This document shows positions 14,777 to 29,300 of a DNA stretch of 64,000 nt, piece by piece. Below the pieces are notes generated by a model. That model saw nothing but the letters and a program-made list of their open reading frames with translations, made no database searches and had not been told where the DNA came from. The stretch spans positions 1-64,000 of the forward strand of contig KZ538313.1 of assembly GCA_000934665.2 (NCBI GenBank), written 5' to 3'. Position 1 is the first letter of the stretch, and each line of letters begins with the position of its first letter. Made by a program: the position numbers and the translations under genes. This DNA comes from Catajapyx aquilonaris. Taxonomy: Eukaryota.

Positions 14777-17700
14777 GGGGGGGGGAGGCCAGCAGAAGCT
14801 CTCATGTCCCCCAGGAGGGTTTTACGGTCGTTCCAGCTTAATGAAAATACCGTGCTGGCAACGGTCGCTGATGGGGCAGATGCGGATATTCTAATGAGAC
14901 CTGACAGTTTCCCTCGTTGTAGCAATTACTGTTGATGTTGCGGATTTTTTTGTGTGTGTTTCGGCAAGGCCGCTTATAAGCGCATTCTCTAAACAAAATC
15001 TGTCCACAGTACACTGGGACAAATTTATATATAGTACATGGAACTTATTACTGGCAGGCTACACCTATATACGTATAACAAAATATTTATCCCATCACGA
15101 TGCTTCCTATTATTACAGATTAGTAGCAGATTTCCTCTTACACCTGCAGAGATTTTTTTTCGACAAATCTGATAGGGTTGGATTGAATGGCCTGGTTGCC
15201 CTCAGGCAAAGCAAAGGGAGAAGAAGAGGTTGTGATGAACGACCTGGCAGGATTCCAGCTCACTCTGAGCCATCGACAGATAGGATTCCCTGGGCATAGG
15301 GAAAACCAGGTTTCGCGGAAGATTGGAAATAGAACGGTCTGTCGTCACGGTTCAAGCCTTTTCCGAACGACTTCTTGATCGACCTCTCTTGGCCTCTTCC
15401 TTGCTATGCTTGGAAAACAAAATCGCATTATACGATGCGGTAAACGAAGGATGTGCTGCGGAATAAACGATGCACGTGGGTGTGTTTATTTCAAGGTACA
15501 TGAAATGAATGGTGTAATTATGCCTTCGCGAAAACTTTATACTTGCAATGATCAATAAGGTACCTCCCACGTAGCGGAATGTAATATTAATTTCATACTG
15601 ATATCGCTCCTATAGGGTTTGGACACTGTATTCATATGAACACACACAGGAAGTTTGGAAAACTATACTGATTAAATTTCTGGTTTTAATATGTTAAGCA
15701 ATGAAACTGTAATCTTTGGTGCAGTTAGTAAGAGTGCAGACAAATTCTAAAGTTGACTTTATGGAAATGCACACAGTAGCCTTTCCTATATGTACCTTCA
15801 ATGCAATCTCCATTAATTACATACAGCGTGAGGCACATGTTATTTTCGCAAAAAGGCCGGTTTTTTTCACCTTGTAGGGTTTCAGCCATAATTTCGTTAT
15901 ACAGAGTCTGGGACTGCCCAAGTCCACAGCCTCAGGCGGAGGAAGTATGGAGAAAAGTAACAAATGTGTAAAGAGCAGAAGTAATAAGTATGTCTCCTTA
16001 CCCACGTCACTGAGTGAATATTATAGTAACTTCTTTCTTTCATTGAACTGAATGTAATCTGGGTCTCTCCCAACATGCAGACCCACTATTTTGATGATAT
16101 CATATACTATACGCAATTGAGAGTGATTTCTTTTGAATTTTCATCTCTGGGCAAATGTGGGATTTTGAAAAGTCTTGCGCCAGTACCATCTCATTAAAAT
16201 GGGATCTAGAAAGTACAGTACTTTTGTACACTACAAACGCTTCAGCCGTCATTTTTAAAGGTCTCTCAGAATTCATGAAATCCTCCTCCTCACCACCAAA
16301 AAAAAGGCCATACATCTTTAATGATGTAATGCCTCAAGTTACTTCAATTCCCATCCGAGAATTGTAGATGAAGACACGTTGCTTTAATCAGGTAGCTACA
16401 GCATATGCAATTTACAGTTCAACTAATGCATTGAAGTCTGTGGATTAGACATTTTGTACCGGCTATGAGACATGTTTTATTGAAGTACAGGCAAGACATG
16501 AATGACTTCATTGTCGACGACTTTAACGTCAGAATGGATTTTCCGACACTTTTCCAGCCAATGAGGCTACTCCTATTCCGGACATCGCTGATAGGCAATA
16601 AATTATGCCCGGATTTTCGCTGATCTTGCTATTACACAACCGCACCCACACACACACAAAAGTTCGGCCATAAAATCTGATGATTTACACTTCTGGAGAC
16701 GATCTGACGCGCGTGACGCACATTTGTGTCTAAATCGACTGTATTAGAGGGCTAAGCCGACTCTATATGCTTTATAGGGAATTTCACGTCCCCAAGTCCA
16801 CAAACCAAGAGCAAAGAAGAATAAAAATTATGAATTGTTTTGCTACACGAACCATTTCAAAGCGAAGTATCATTACGCAATCATACCAATTGATTTCCTT
16901 TAAATTAAATACTGGTGATGAACAATCCCCTGCTACTTTATATCCCTTTAAGCAAAGATAAATATGTGAAATTCCAAAATTAAAAAACCTAGGTGTATAC
17001 AAACAGCATACAAAGAGTCGCTTTGTCCAGAAACCAGTAAATATATAAACTTCACAAAATATTACCCGTTATTATTACAGTAAATATGCAATGTACAATA
17101 TCAACTTGTATTGTCATTTCCCTTTTGTGACTAACACAAAAAGAGACGCTTGTTCGTATAGCCTGCTTGTAAAAAAAAACCGAACAGTTGAGAATTTCCA
17201 GGCGGATAACTAAAGCAGACACTTGACATAATCTGAAAAATGGCCCCTATTCTGAACGAACATCTGGCATAAATTCGGGCCGGTTTGTAAAACGATTGAT
17301 TTGTGGGTTTTTTTTTTTACCAAACTTCCAGTACACCTTATTCACATGATTTAACCAACTTGTAAAACTTTCTGGACAATCCAGGGACCCCGTGATTAAC
17401 CCATCCAAATTTAATGCAAGTTCAGTGTCACCTCGTTATAGCCACTCGCGTTTTACAAGAGCACTAATCACAACCGCCAACTGTCAATTACATTGACGAG
17501 CTCATTAAATGTGATTAGCTGGAGCGGATAACACGATTCCCCTGGTCGCTTTAGTCATTATTAGCCTCAATAGGCTGCTTATGAAATTTTGAGCTTATGA
17601 TAAAAAAAACATAGAGAGGTGGGGGAGTTTGAAACACCCCTAAATTATGATCAGGGTTTTTATACCCCGAGTTCAGATAACGGTCGCAAAAACACGCGCC

Positions 17701-19091
17701 TAATTGCTGCCTGAAGTCAGGTCATATTTGCAGCACTGGCAGCCCGGTATGTATCAGGTTGTTAAAATTTGACCTACATATTCCTCGATAATGGCCCGAG
17801 TGTAGAATCCGGAAACGGAAACATCATTAAAACGTGGGCGGATATGATGGTTTTTGGGGGGCAGGCAAGGTGCACAGCAAACTTCAAACTTATTATTTAT
17901 AATAATACCAGCAGCAGTCTGGCCCGAAATATGGATTGCATGGGCCACAAGTCGCCCAATGCAGCATTAAAAATAAATACGTTGGCCACAAATAATATTT
18001 CGCTCATAAATGAATGTACAGAAAATAACAAAAATTAGCCACACAATTCACTTTAATCAGACGCTGTTCAGTTGATGACAAACTGTGTTCGAACCTAATT
18101 TTATTTCCTCTTTTTTTTATCCGCAATGCCCAGGGACTTTGTAACTATCTTCATCAACTAGGCATGATAATGGAGTAATTGGAGACCCGCTGTGGATTAA
18201 ATCAACGCAACGGGGCGGTTAACATATTTCGACCCCCTCCGGTATATAACAGCGCGAGGGGAAAATTAGGTTTACACACATTGAATTTGGTGTTATTTAA
18301 ATCCGGAGCCATTAAGCTCAGGTCGGGTGCCATGGGAGGCAATATCGTAAATGGTTTTACCACAAAAACAGGTCAGGTCAGGACTTTGCTGGAATCACGT
18401 TTTGTTCATTATTTGCATGTTTGTCTAAAACTAAAAGGAAAGTTTACATTACTTTATGTTGCTTATGTTTGCAAATATTCGTATACGAAGTGGTTCAAAT
18501 AATCTGCTTCTTATACGCTATATACTTTATGACTTCATTTACATAACTTTTAACAGCAAAAAAGTGATACAGTATCATATCAACATTATGGTGTCACTTT
18601 CAGATACAATATTGGCAATAGTGTATGTTGGCGTGTCCTGAGTGTCCCTTTAAAAGATCAATTCTTTCCAGAGGTCCCGAGAGGACATTGCAGAGAGTAT
18701 ATGGGGGGCCTCATACATTTTCATTGACAAGACAAATGGGTGAGCGTGTATAGATCTAGCGTGCTGGAAATGGCTTCATTCACACTTCCCTCTTCCGTCC
18801 GATCCCCCCTAGTTGTAATTCGTTTCCAGCAAAATTCATGGCTCCGAACTTTGTTCCATGTAATCATTATCTGGTGGAATTAATATGGCTCTCGTAAATT
18901 TGAAGCCATGAAGTATTGGTCCGAATGCAGGAAATACAGCACTGTCCGCTTGAGTTATAGATTTTGTGGAGTTAAAAAAAAGGTTACTTTCCAAATGATA
19001 TTTCTGGAGGATCTACAAAATAAGTGTTATTCCACTAGCGCAACCGTAGCCAAAATTTGTCAAAACTCTCGGCCTGATGATTTAGTGCCTT

Positions 19092-19165
19092 GATCAGAAG
19101 GTGGCAGCACTCACCAGGGGCCCTTCCATCTTTCCGCCGCGATCAAAAGGTGGCAGCACTCACCA
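19092..19165. repeat. 25-bp direct repeat containing AGGTGGCAGCAC
   Basis: GATCAGAAGGTGGCAGCACTCACCA (19092-19116) and GATCAAAAGGTGGCAGCACTCACCA (19141-19165) differ at one position. Confidence 0.8.
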
Positions 19166-22100
19166 CTTCCGGAGCGTTCCAGAGGCGAAAAAATAAGGCT
19201 ATTATTATAGGGGGAATAATTTAATATTGTTGGCTCCTTTAAAACTCCTGGTCTTGTCGTAAAAAAAGAAAGCATGTATAAACAAACCCCCATTTAGCCA
19301 GCGTGCTTTGTGAATGTTAAGCTCCCTTTATGATCATTGCTCATCCGAAATAACGAGGTCCCTACTGACAACTTCTCAGAGGCAAATGTTGCTGAAGATT
19401 CGAGTTACTCTGCCCATAGTAAAGAGGAATGACACCGAGGTCCCTGCCATTTAGGGATAAGCTTGAGAAGATATAGAGGCCGACTTTGTAAGGACCCAAT
19501 TAGTTAGAAAAGAGTTCCTCAAAAAGCCTTGCCGCCCCGACATGATGGAACTTTCTTCAAGTGACAGCAGAAGGAGACCTAATATTTCCATTAGTGCTGT
19601 CAAGGGGTGCAGAGAAGCACTTCTTTAAAAAGGGAATTAAAACAGTATGACTTGTTCTTTAATACGAGTATTTTTCTGCTTTCATGTGTAAGTCTTGTGT
19701 CACCTGACTGTAGGAGTGTGCTCAATCTTCAGCAGAAACGTGGAAGACACTGCATTTCCTTGGGGGAAAATTACACGCGCGATGTAGCAAGTTATATTTA
19801 GCTAGTAAATAATTCAACACCTCCTTCTTGTGTGTACTTAATGTACGTACAGTGCACTTCCATTTTAACAGGGTTTGAGTGGAGGTTCCCAAGATGCCAG
19901 ATTTTCATAATGAGATTCTACAAGACCACGAATTTCCCACTAGGGTGGGTGTATACAGTGATGGCGTAATGCAGGAGCAATTACCTTCATTATAGTGTAT
20001 AGCAGAGTTACTTCGGGGAATCTCGAAACCACACTGTGGCACCTTAAAAAGTGTTATACTCTACAAAATTCAATGAGACCAGCTGTACAGTTCACGTAGT
20101 TATTCGTAAAAGGTATATATCAAAATATAAACTGGAAGCATGATGCCTCAAAATCCAGTACAGCACTTTGAGTCTTGCAAGTACTGTAGATCAGAAGAAC
20201 ATGTCTGAAACGTCATGTCATAAAAGTTTAATGTTTATTTTATAGGCATTACGACTCTGTATTAATCATTTCCCATCTAAATAGTACAAATAAATATTTT
20301 CCCCACCTATTTCAAATCTATCCTCCAACATCTAATGACTCTCTCAATTAATGCCACATTGGCACTTTATTAACAACCACTTCAAAGTTAGAGTATAAGC
20401 TGATCATCGTAATTAGTCATGTCCCGCCAATAAAGTATTGCTGAAGCACCTTCAAGTTATTTGCATCGTCGGTGCTTCTGGGTTACTAATGATTCAGCTA
20501 ATTGGGATAAGTAAGTCAAAAAGGATACTAATTAGGACTGCTTGAACAACAATCACTGCTGAGAATTCGTATAAGATTGTTGTAGCCCCATTTTCTTGCT
20601 AGATAGTTTTATAAGATGTGTCCATGCGATATGACTTCATGGAATATAATATTTTTGGTCCCTATTATTAATCCGAGTAACTGCTTGACAATGACATTCG
20701 GGATAATATAACTGATACGGACACTTCCATCAACACACATTGCAGGAAGTTATTGTTTCATCGAGCCAGCATAATATGTTATTATCCTTGGGCGTCGTCG
20801 TCCTTGATTGCCATAATGTCATTATTATATCATTTACGTATCATGCAATGTGCATTTGCTTGGGGTCGCTGACATGAAAAAGGTGCAGTAGCAAGAATGA
20901 TGATGAGACAAAAAAATAACATTTTGAGGGGAATATCCGCCTTGTTGATCCACTTGGCTAGGAAATGAATTTTAAAAATAAACATTGGAGCCATGCACTT
21001 CCCACTAGCTGTGCCAACACTCTTCCTTACCATCTCCCCAATGTTAGTTTTATAAGATACACTACTCAAAGCTGGAGCAGTTTTCACTCCAAAGTTAATG
21101 AAAGGTTGCAATATTACATCCTGGCTCCATCACGCCCTATCGAACTTTGACATCGAAAAAGCTACTAATAAGTTCTGATAAAATAGCTCCGAGAAAGCGA
21201 TTCTTTGATATTTCCTCTCTCTTTTTTTTCAACTTCTACAGTACTTACCGCATCTGGCTCTATATGTACCAACCCGCTTTAATTAAATCGGTATTCTCTT
21301 AGGGGCGACCTCTTTCCTGCTGAAGGATCTCTCTGAATTGATCATCCTTTGTCTGCCTTTGAAGAGTTCAGATGTGGAGTTGGAGTGGAGCATCTGAATG
21401 CGATTCGTTTCTCTGCAGATTTATCAAATTGACGGGGACGCTTCAGTTGCATTTCCAATAAGAGATGAAAAATTACACATGCTAGACTGATGTTGTTTGT
21501 TCCCATATGCCAAGAACCAGACTTTTCATTCATTCGTGCACAATTACTTGTAATATTAGCCACATTGGCTTATAGTTTGAATGCCTGTAATCAATTCTGT
21601 TGTGCATGTACGACAAGTTTTAAAGAGGCGATTTGGACAGCACTTGAGTCGTGTGACACACTAGAAGACTCTCTAGTTTCCGCAACCAAAATGAAGGGAG
21701 GCGTAAACCATATTGCAGGCTGCGTGGGAGAGGACCAGAGAGTGCTTTTCGCGGCCGCTAAAAAGGATGGTGGAGGCCTGGAGGTGCTAATGGCGTTGCA
21801 AAAGTTGCTTCAGACAAAGGGAACCTCCACACCCCCCTCATCTCCAACCCACTCTGCTGCCGCTCCATTATAGTAGCCTATTCACTACAGGCTCTTATGC
21901 TCAGCAGCATTAAGAGTCGGTTCGTGCTCCTGAATTATTTATCGTGTTCGCCCGCATGTTATACGGAAGTGGTTCCTTGATAACTGTGTTACCTCGAGTA
22001 CACATTAGTGTGAGATCGAGGCTTCCCCACCAAACAAAAACTTGGAAAAAAAACGTGCAACGAGCCAATTTTTATGCTCCGTAATAATACTAATAATTTA

Positions 22101-22452
22101 TAAATTATATCGAAAGTTAGTACAGTTGGATGGTTTGGCTCCAGTTACAGCAATTACTGCGGAAGCATGAATTCGATACAAGCCACGCAGTTTACTGGCC
22201 TGGTTGGCTGCATTCCAATTCCTGACTGTGCCAGAGAGTAGGCCTTTTAAAATATTTCTCTCTACCAATTAACAAAGTATGCCCCGAATTTAGGACCATG
22301 GCTATACATGTTGCATTCAAATATGCCTTTTTTTGCAAATATTGGCTGTGAATTATTGTGCATAAAATTATACCCAGCTTTTACTTAATAATATGGTCCC
22401 TTTTCAACCTGATGCATTCGTATAAGTGGTATTCACATGGCGTCACGAGGAG

Positions 22453-22638
22453 GGTGACTCTAAAGTCTGGACACATACACATGTATAGGTAATTGGATTG
22501 TATTGTTGATTTCCAGTGTTGTGCCAACTAGCATATTGGTGACAGTCATGAGCTGGCAGAGTTGGCACTTGGAAGTTGGCACAACTGGCAACCAACAATA
22601 CAATCCAGTTATCTATGTGTCCAGACTTACGAGTCACC
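22453..22638. mobile_element. Degenerate foldback/MITE remnant
   Basis: The left arm GGTGACTC..AAGTCTGGACACATA..TGGATTGTATTGTTG..TTGTGCCAACT is the imperfect reverse complement of the right arm AGTTGGCACAA..CAACAATACAATCCA..TATGTGTCCAGACTT..GAGTCACC. Confidence 0.55.
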
Positions 22639-24240
22639 ATGTACTTGCAGTGTCTCACACATCAAAGGCCCAGAGTTCCTCACTCCATATGATCCCTAGC
22701 ACATTTTTAGTCTCTCCTGAAGCCAGGGTGTCTTGTCGAGAGCCTGAATTATCCCAGTCTTTGTTCCCTTTAATTAAAAATCCATCTATTGCACCTCCCT
22801 CTTCTCCATCCGTTCCAGGGAATACAAGCTTCAAAGGGAAGTGAGCTGAAAGGCTCCTTTTTAAATCTACCAAGAGCCGAAGATGAACTACACCGTATAA
22901 AAGCGTAGCGCACTTCTCTCTCTCTTTTTTTTCATTCCGTTAGTTGCGTGAGGTAGATCTTCTCGTGGGGAGTAAATGGAACCCGAGTTGTTAGCATGGT
23001 CGCCTGAATTAAATGGTGATTAATGGAGAGGCCCTGCTCTTCTCCATGGGAAGAATATGAGGAAGCTTGGGCACTATGATGGCGCCAGCAAAATGGAGAC
23101 GCAGCCTAGCTAGCTCCTCTGCCTGATTGGAATTCTGGGCATGGCTGGTTTCATAGTGGGCTTCCGAGGGCTAGCACTTTGATTATGGCTTCACTCGTGG
23201 GGAGAAAAAAAGAGAGGGCGCCTATTCCGGATCCATAAAATACGCAGCTGCGACTCTGCGAAATTCCCAGAAGAGGACTTCGGGATCGAGGTCCAGGCCA
23301 GGCGACATTTTGCGATGGGTCGTGACATCGTCCAGAAATAGAGGCAACAAAGTTGGAAACGCCGGGCATTTCACTGGAAACTTGTATAGGTCTACTTATC
23401 TCCTGTAAAAAAATTGATGTATTTACAACCAGAGATCATGGACGCCTGTGTTAATCTAGGTTAACACAACAAGAAAAACTGTTGCACGTGATGAACGCGG
23501 CCATCTCGGTAGCTCCTACCACGAATTGTCGCTCATCGTCAGACGCCCGCAAGGTCCGTCCAATTCCTAGTCTGCGGCTACAGCAGTGTAATTGAGTGTA
23601 ATGAAGGCTTAATTAACCTTTTGTGCGTGCATACATTACCGTAGGGCACCGTACCATCTCCCTTTGCACAATCACGACGTTGCACCTCCCATCACAAAGC
23701 TGCAGTATATTAAAGCCAGTTACTTAACTTATGAATAATGCAATATCCTCCCCCTTGGCGAGTATAAATTAATTGGGCGGTTAACATTTGCGGATGCGAG
23801 GCCTTACAGGCCTCAAAAGCGTTTACTGATGGCCTTTGATGTGTCCTGATTCCACCAGACAAGCGCTTCAAGCCCTGATTTTTTTGCAGTTTCAACTTTC
23901 AAGGAAAGGTGTTTATGAATTCACATCTTTTAGCCAGAAAAGCTTGTTACGAACAAGGTTACACGCCCCAGATGATTCACTAACTTCTCAAGACGGGGAA
24001 GATAAATGAGTCTTTCTATATTCGCTTTATACATTTTCCATATTCCGTGCTCACGTGAATCTATTAACATGCCAAATAGATTTTTTTTCTGGAAGGGATT
24101 TGAAGAGAGATTTCCGCCTAATGTTTGAATTGGCTTCGGGCTTTTCCACTGACTATTTCAATAGTTTTAAACTTGCAGGCAGCTACAACTGGAGCAGTGG
24201 TCAGATCAAGTGCAAACAGATTAATTAACTATACTCTTAA

Positions 24241-24514
24241 CCCTGGAACCGTGACGCACCTGAAAGTTATGGCAACCGTGACGTGGGGTCTTTTTGGACC
24301 CATCCATATTTTAACTTTTATTAATTTTTTATTATACTTTTCATTGTATTGACTATATGCAATATTCTTTGAACAATGCCTGAAATGATCGCTAAATCAA
24401 AATAAAAATGCAGTTCAATATACTTTTTAAAAGTGGCAAAAGTTCATTGTAATTATCATTTTAATGCATTTTATTTCTTTTGGGGTCCTAAAAGAACCCA
24501 CGTCGGTTCCAGGG
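24241..24514. mobile_element. Non-autonomous piggyBac-type MITE (274 bp)
   Basis: TTAA duplication at 24237-24240 and 24515-24518. TIRs CCCTGGAACCG...CGGTTCCAGGG have the CCC/GGG ends typical of piggyBac. Subterminal GGGTC..GGACCC motifs occur at both ends. Confidence 0.85.
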
Positions 24515-26392
24515 TTAATTAACTTACGCCCCTTACCTCGCCTATACAAACACAGCCATAGTGGTCTTAACATAATAAGCAATTCTAGTTGTTTATGTAT
24601 TTAATACACCGGTTCCATGGTAATAAGATAATCACATGTCAGTTGGCTGAACACTGCTGCAGTATTATTATATTTTTGGATCAAGAAAATAAACACCGTT
24701 TACAGGAGTTAAATAGCGAAATAATCAACTGGAGGAACCTACAATATAACGTATGGTGAAAAACTCGAGAATTAATGACATGGATAAAATGCACGTCATG
24801 ACACAATTTCGCAACTAAACAGGTTTCCCCGAATTCAATCTAATTCCGCAAATTCCGGGCCTAAATCCCTTCTTTCAATCTTATTCCGAGTGATTACATC
24901 TCCAATCTTATTGATTTCGCAGAGTTGCTTTTATACACCTCTTTCAAACGTAGAATTCTCTTCTTCTTCTTCTTCTTTTTTGTGCAAGTTTTAAAATCAA
25001 GTTTGCGTTCCTATACTCTCGCAAAATCGCATCTCGGGCCTTCTCTCTGAACACAAAGGCCTACACCACATATTTTTTGAACATTTGCATTCAGAAACCC
25101 ACAGCAACTTCCGCGGACAAGTTTACTTCGCTCTTCATACATACCAAGCTCCAAAATATGATTCGTATTCATGCACATGATACCACAAGCAGACTTCTCC
25201 TTCAATGAAAACCCATTTGGACACCGCTAGTCCATATACACTCTGACCTTTACAATTCCTTACTTCCTCTGGTTCCGATCTTATAATAAAAATGAGAGTC
25301 TGCCACCACCAGCTTTCCGACGAAAGAGATTTTTTTTTGTCCAATTTAAGCTACCAACATATTTGCGACTGACGTGCTTTTTTAGAGGTGAGTTTGAGCT
25401 TTTTAACTTCTCTTCGCATATACGATGCGGCGTGGAAGCATTAATATTATTAACCCTACATTTTTATTATTTGACTAGTTCTCCTGAAGAGCTGACTGCC
25501 CCTTTCATGAGGACAGGAGTGATTGTTTGTTCGTTTGTTTGTTGTTAACTTTGTAAGCTCTGGTTCCCTCCTGTGGACAACTGGGATTGTTTGTCGGAAA
25601 TTTTATGACACAGCCGCTGTTGCTCATGCTTTTTGCTGAATGTCCTGCTAGTGTACGGACATTGTAAACTCATCTAACACTCTTGTCAGGATACAAAATT
25701 GGCAGGTGCACTGTTATTTACATTGCACACATACGCTGGCTCATGAAGGGGTGAAGAAAACATTGAAATGAAATAAAATATTGTAATACTATATACAGTA
25801 CACGAAAGAGAAATGCGTGCAGATACAGCCTCCGACACTTCCTTCGTCTGGGCGACCGCCTGCTACACAAACGAAGCAGCATTTAATTTACAAAATAGTA
25901 TTATCACACTGTTAATAAAATCTAATTAAATTCAAAAAAAAATCTCGATGTCTGCTGATTCATCCAGCATGTATATACTATATTTCGAAAAAAAAAATAT
26001 TATTTGGCGATCGAGAATCTGCGAGCAAAATTTTTCCGCTCCGTGAATCCAACGCTTCCAGAGCCATCTAGTAGTGAGATCCATATCGACTAGTGGCAGA
26101 GGAACCGACAAAGTGCGGAGGAGTTCAGAAGCGAGCTGGCCGTGTTTGCGTGTGCCAGGGATCCAGCCACCTTGCTCTCTCTCTATCTATCTGCACATCC
26201 GCAAAAATAATTATCCGGAGGCGGGGGGGAGGGGGGCAGAGTATTCCGGGGGAAGGGGGAGAACCCGGATTTCCAATCGCGGGATGAACCAATCGATTCC
26301 AACACCTTGTGCCCATTTCGACAAGTGATAATCTTCTTACCGGACAGTGCCAGGAGTTTTTTTTTTTTTAATTGAATTGAATTTTTTCAAAA

Positions 26393-29300
26393 ATGGTAAG
26401 TGGTATTTTTTGGGGGGTGCGAATTGGCGGATTTATTTTGGCGGAATCTCTTTCCAGTATGGTTTCGTAAATTATGCGTTGGAACTGTTAGTGATCCACA
26501 ACTTTGGAGAAGCGGTATGGGAGGAAATCAAGTAAGTGTTAATTATTTGGCTAGATTTTATGAAAAATTGTCTGATGATCTTTGATATGAATTCGCTTAA
26601 TAAGTGCTAAAAACTACACACATTGTGCGATGGTAGTTATACACCAACATTATATCTGCGTTTAAGTAATCAATCTCTCTGAATTACTCTTGAAGGCAAA
26701 AGGGCAGGTTATATCCACTCAAATTACGGAGTGATCTCTGGTTACGTAATGTGAATGCATATACTGTATACACTCGACCTGATAAAACTGTCCCTAAGGC
26801 CCGGTAGTATGAAACCAAAATACTGGATAAAGATTTATTGAACGTGGTCACAGTGCGTAATCGGAGGTTTTATTTTTAATTGGAGTTGGTACAACCTGTG
26901 GTGCAACTGAAATAGTCAACTGTGCTTCGATTCATGGGCAGTGTTACGCTTTGAATGGAGAGACAAATCGTGCTTCTATATTATAGAGGTTCAATTAGTA
27001 GTTTCAATTTTACAAAATTTGAAATAAACAGGTTATTTTAAACAATGCTTTTAGTAGCTATTACTATAGAAAGATTAGCTATACTGACATTAGATGCCAT
27101 TTTTTATTGACTTCCAACGAGTTGCTTTTCAAAATGTTTTATATGAGGGTTAACAATATTGAACGTTTCCTCTCTCCATTTCATTTAGATGTTATTGCTA
27201 CACCTTATATACTGCCAAACTTTGCCAAAATGTGACATGTAAAATGACGATGATTTTTTCAGGAAACAAGCCGAGGTGGTGATGGAGGGTCAGTTTCTTG
27301 TGCGTCAAATCTACGAAGACGAGCTGACCTACAACATAGTCGGAGCAGCAACCAAAGTCCTACGTAAGCATTACAAGATTTGTTAAATTCTAATCTGCTA
27401 AATCCTCGCCAAATCATTTTCGCAAAGGCCTTGGAGGCCTTCCAGCTGGAATGGAGTAGCAATTACAACAAGTTCACCAGTTAATTGTCAATTAAGTGTC
27501 GTTGTCGCCTAGAATATGTCGTTAATTCCGAGTTTAAAGCCCGTTTTAATAGAGTGCTTTTCCGGAACAGTTTGGTTCCGGAATTTTGTTTCTGAGTGGT
27601 TTCCTCTTTACCTTTTTTTTTGGAGGCGGGATGTCCCACTGAGAGACGGTCATTGCTTTGGAATTGATTCGTGTCATTATGGCCCACTGGGGATATGACA
27701 AGGGTGTAAAACTGATGTTCTGCCCGCCGGACAAGTTTTTGTGTGTGATGTTAGCGAAAAAAAGGGGATGGGGTTAAATCACTGCTGGTTTTGTGGTTGA
27801 AAATTTTCGCAGAGCTTCCGGCCACTGCTATTCTGGAGCTGTTCGGCAAAACTTTCTTCGATTACTGCCAGGACTCGGGCTACGACAGGATTCTGCAAGT
27901 GCTGGGAGCTACCCCCAGGGATTTCTTGCAGGTTAGTTTTCAAGTACAATGTGTATCAATCATAATATTTAAAATATTGTACAATTTTTCAGAATCTGGA
28001 TGCCCTTCACGACCACTTGGGGACAATCTACCCTGGTATGCGAGCACCTTCATTCAGATGCACCGAGAGCCAGGAAAATGGAAACCTCATCCTACACTAT
28101 TATTCTGACCGACCTGGTCTGGAGTACATTGTCATCGGAATTGTCAAGGTAAGTAGACGATTAATTTCGACAAATCAAAATCAAAATAATGTTACAGTTT
28201 ATATCCGACGGTACTGTATCTTAATCCATTTGAAAGTGCTCAGTGTTTCCTATATACCCGCATTTAGCTCATCACCGGATCTTTCTCCCTGGGGGTAGTT
28301 ACTCACTCATGAAACCCGATTTCATCTTCCCAAATGCACTTACAGAAAAAAAAAATCCAGATCCCCCCCATCCTCTCAGGCAAGTCACAAGGTATAATGA
28401 GGAAGGAAACAAAAGTTCTGCAGCGAAATACACCGTTGCCATATCTGGATGTGACTCAAATAATATAGGAGCATGAAATCTATAGATTGAACTTTTGTCC
28501 TTACAGGCAGTTGCCAGCAAGCTTCACAACACCGAAGTGGAAGTGGAGATATTCAAATCGAGAGAGGAAGATGACCACGTCCAGTTCGTCATCAAAGAGA
28601 AAGGTGACCGAAGCCAGACGCGTCAAGATGACCTCTCAGAAATCCAGCTTCTTCCTCAAGGTATACATCTTACAATACTGAATCCCTTACACTTGAAGCT
28701 TTGGGTCGATTGTCGTCGACTTTTGAGAGGCCTCAATATATATACTCCCCATTGTTGTCATTGGAAAGTGCGCTATAGGCAATGAAGCGAGAGATCGATG
28801 AGAAATTTATGGCCGAGCCCTTTTAGGAAGGGCATATCGGGTGTTTGGAGGGGGGGAGGGGTTTGTATGACCAATATTTTAACTTTCCCATCCGAGGCTT
28901 TAAATCCTGTCGTCTGTGGCTGTTTATCACGGCTCTAATGTGCCGCGTGTCCGGCGCATAAACTGTCAGAGGAGTTATAGCCCGAGCCCCTTTAATTTAT
29001 ATACATTTTTAACGCCCTTCTCTCTCTCTCCGTGTCCAGTTCCCAAAGTGAGTCCGGCTACTTTCTGCCGGATATTCCCGTTTCATCTGATATTCAATCG
29101 GGATCTGGTTATCACACAGGCTGGAAACTCAATCTCCAGGGTGCTGCCTGAGGTCACCAGACCGGGATGTAAGGTCACCGACTTCTTGGAAATGGTATGA
29201 AATGTCTAGGAGAGTTTCCTCTTATATTTTTTGTATATGCTGCTGTGTACTTGCTAACTTGTTTAAAAAATTTATGCGTCAAAGTTACATAATGCACTGC

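Noticed and set aside
14566..14925. ORFs spanning the N gap
   Set aside because: They are open only because of the Ns. The flanking C and G runs probably caused the sequencing dropout.
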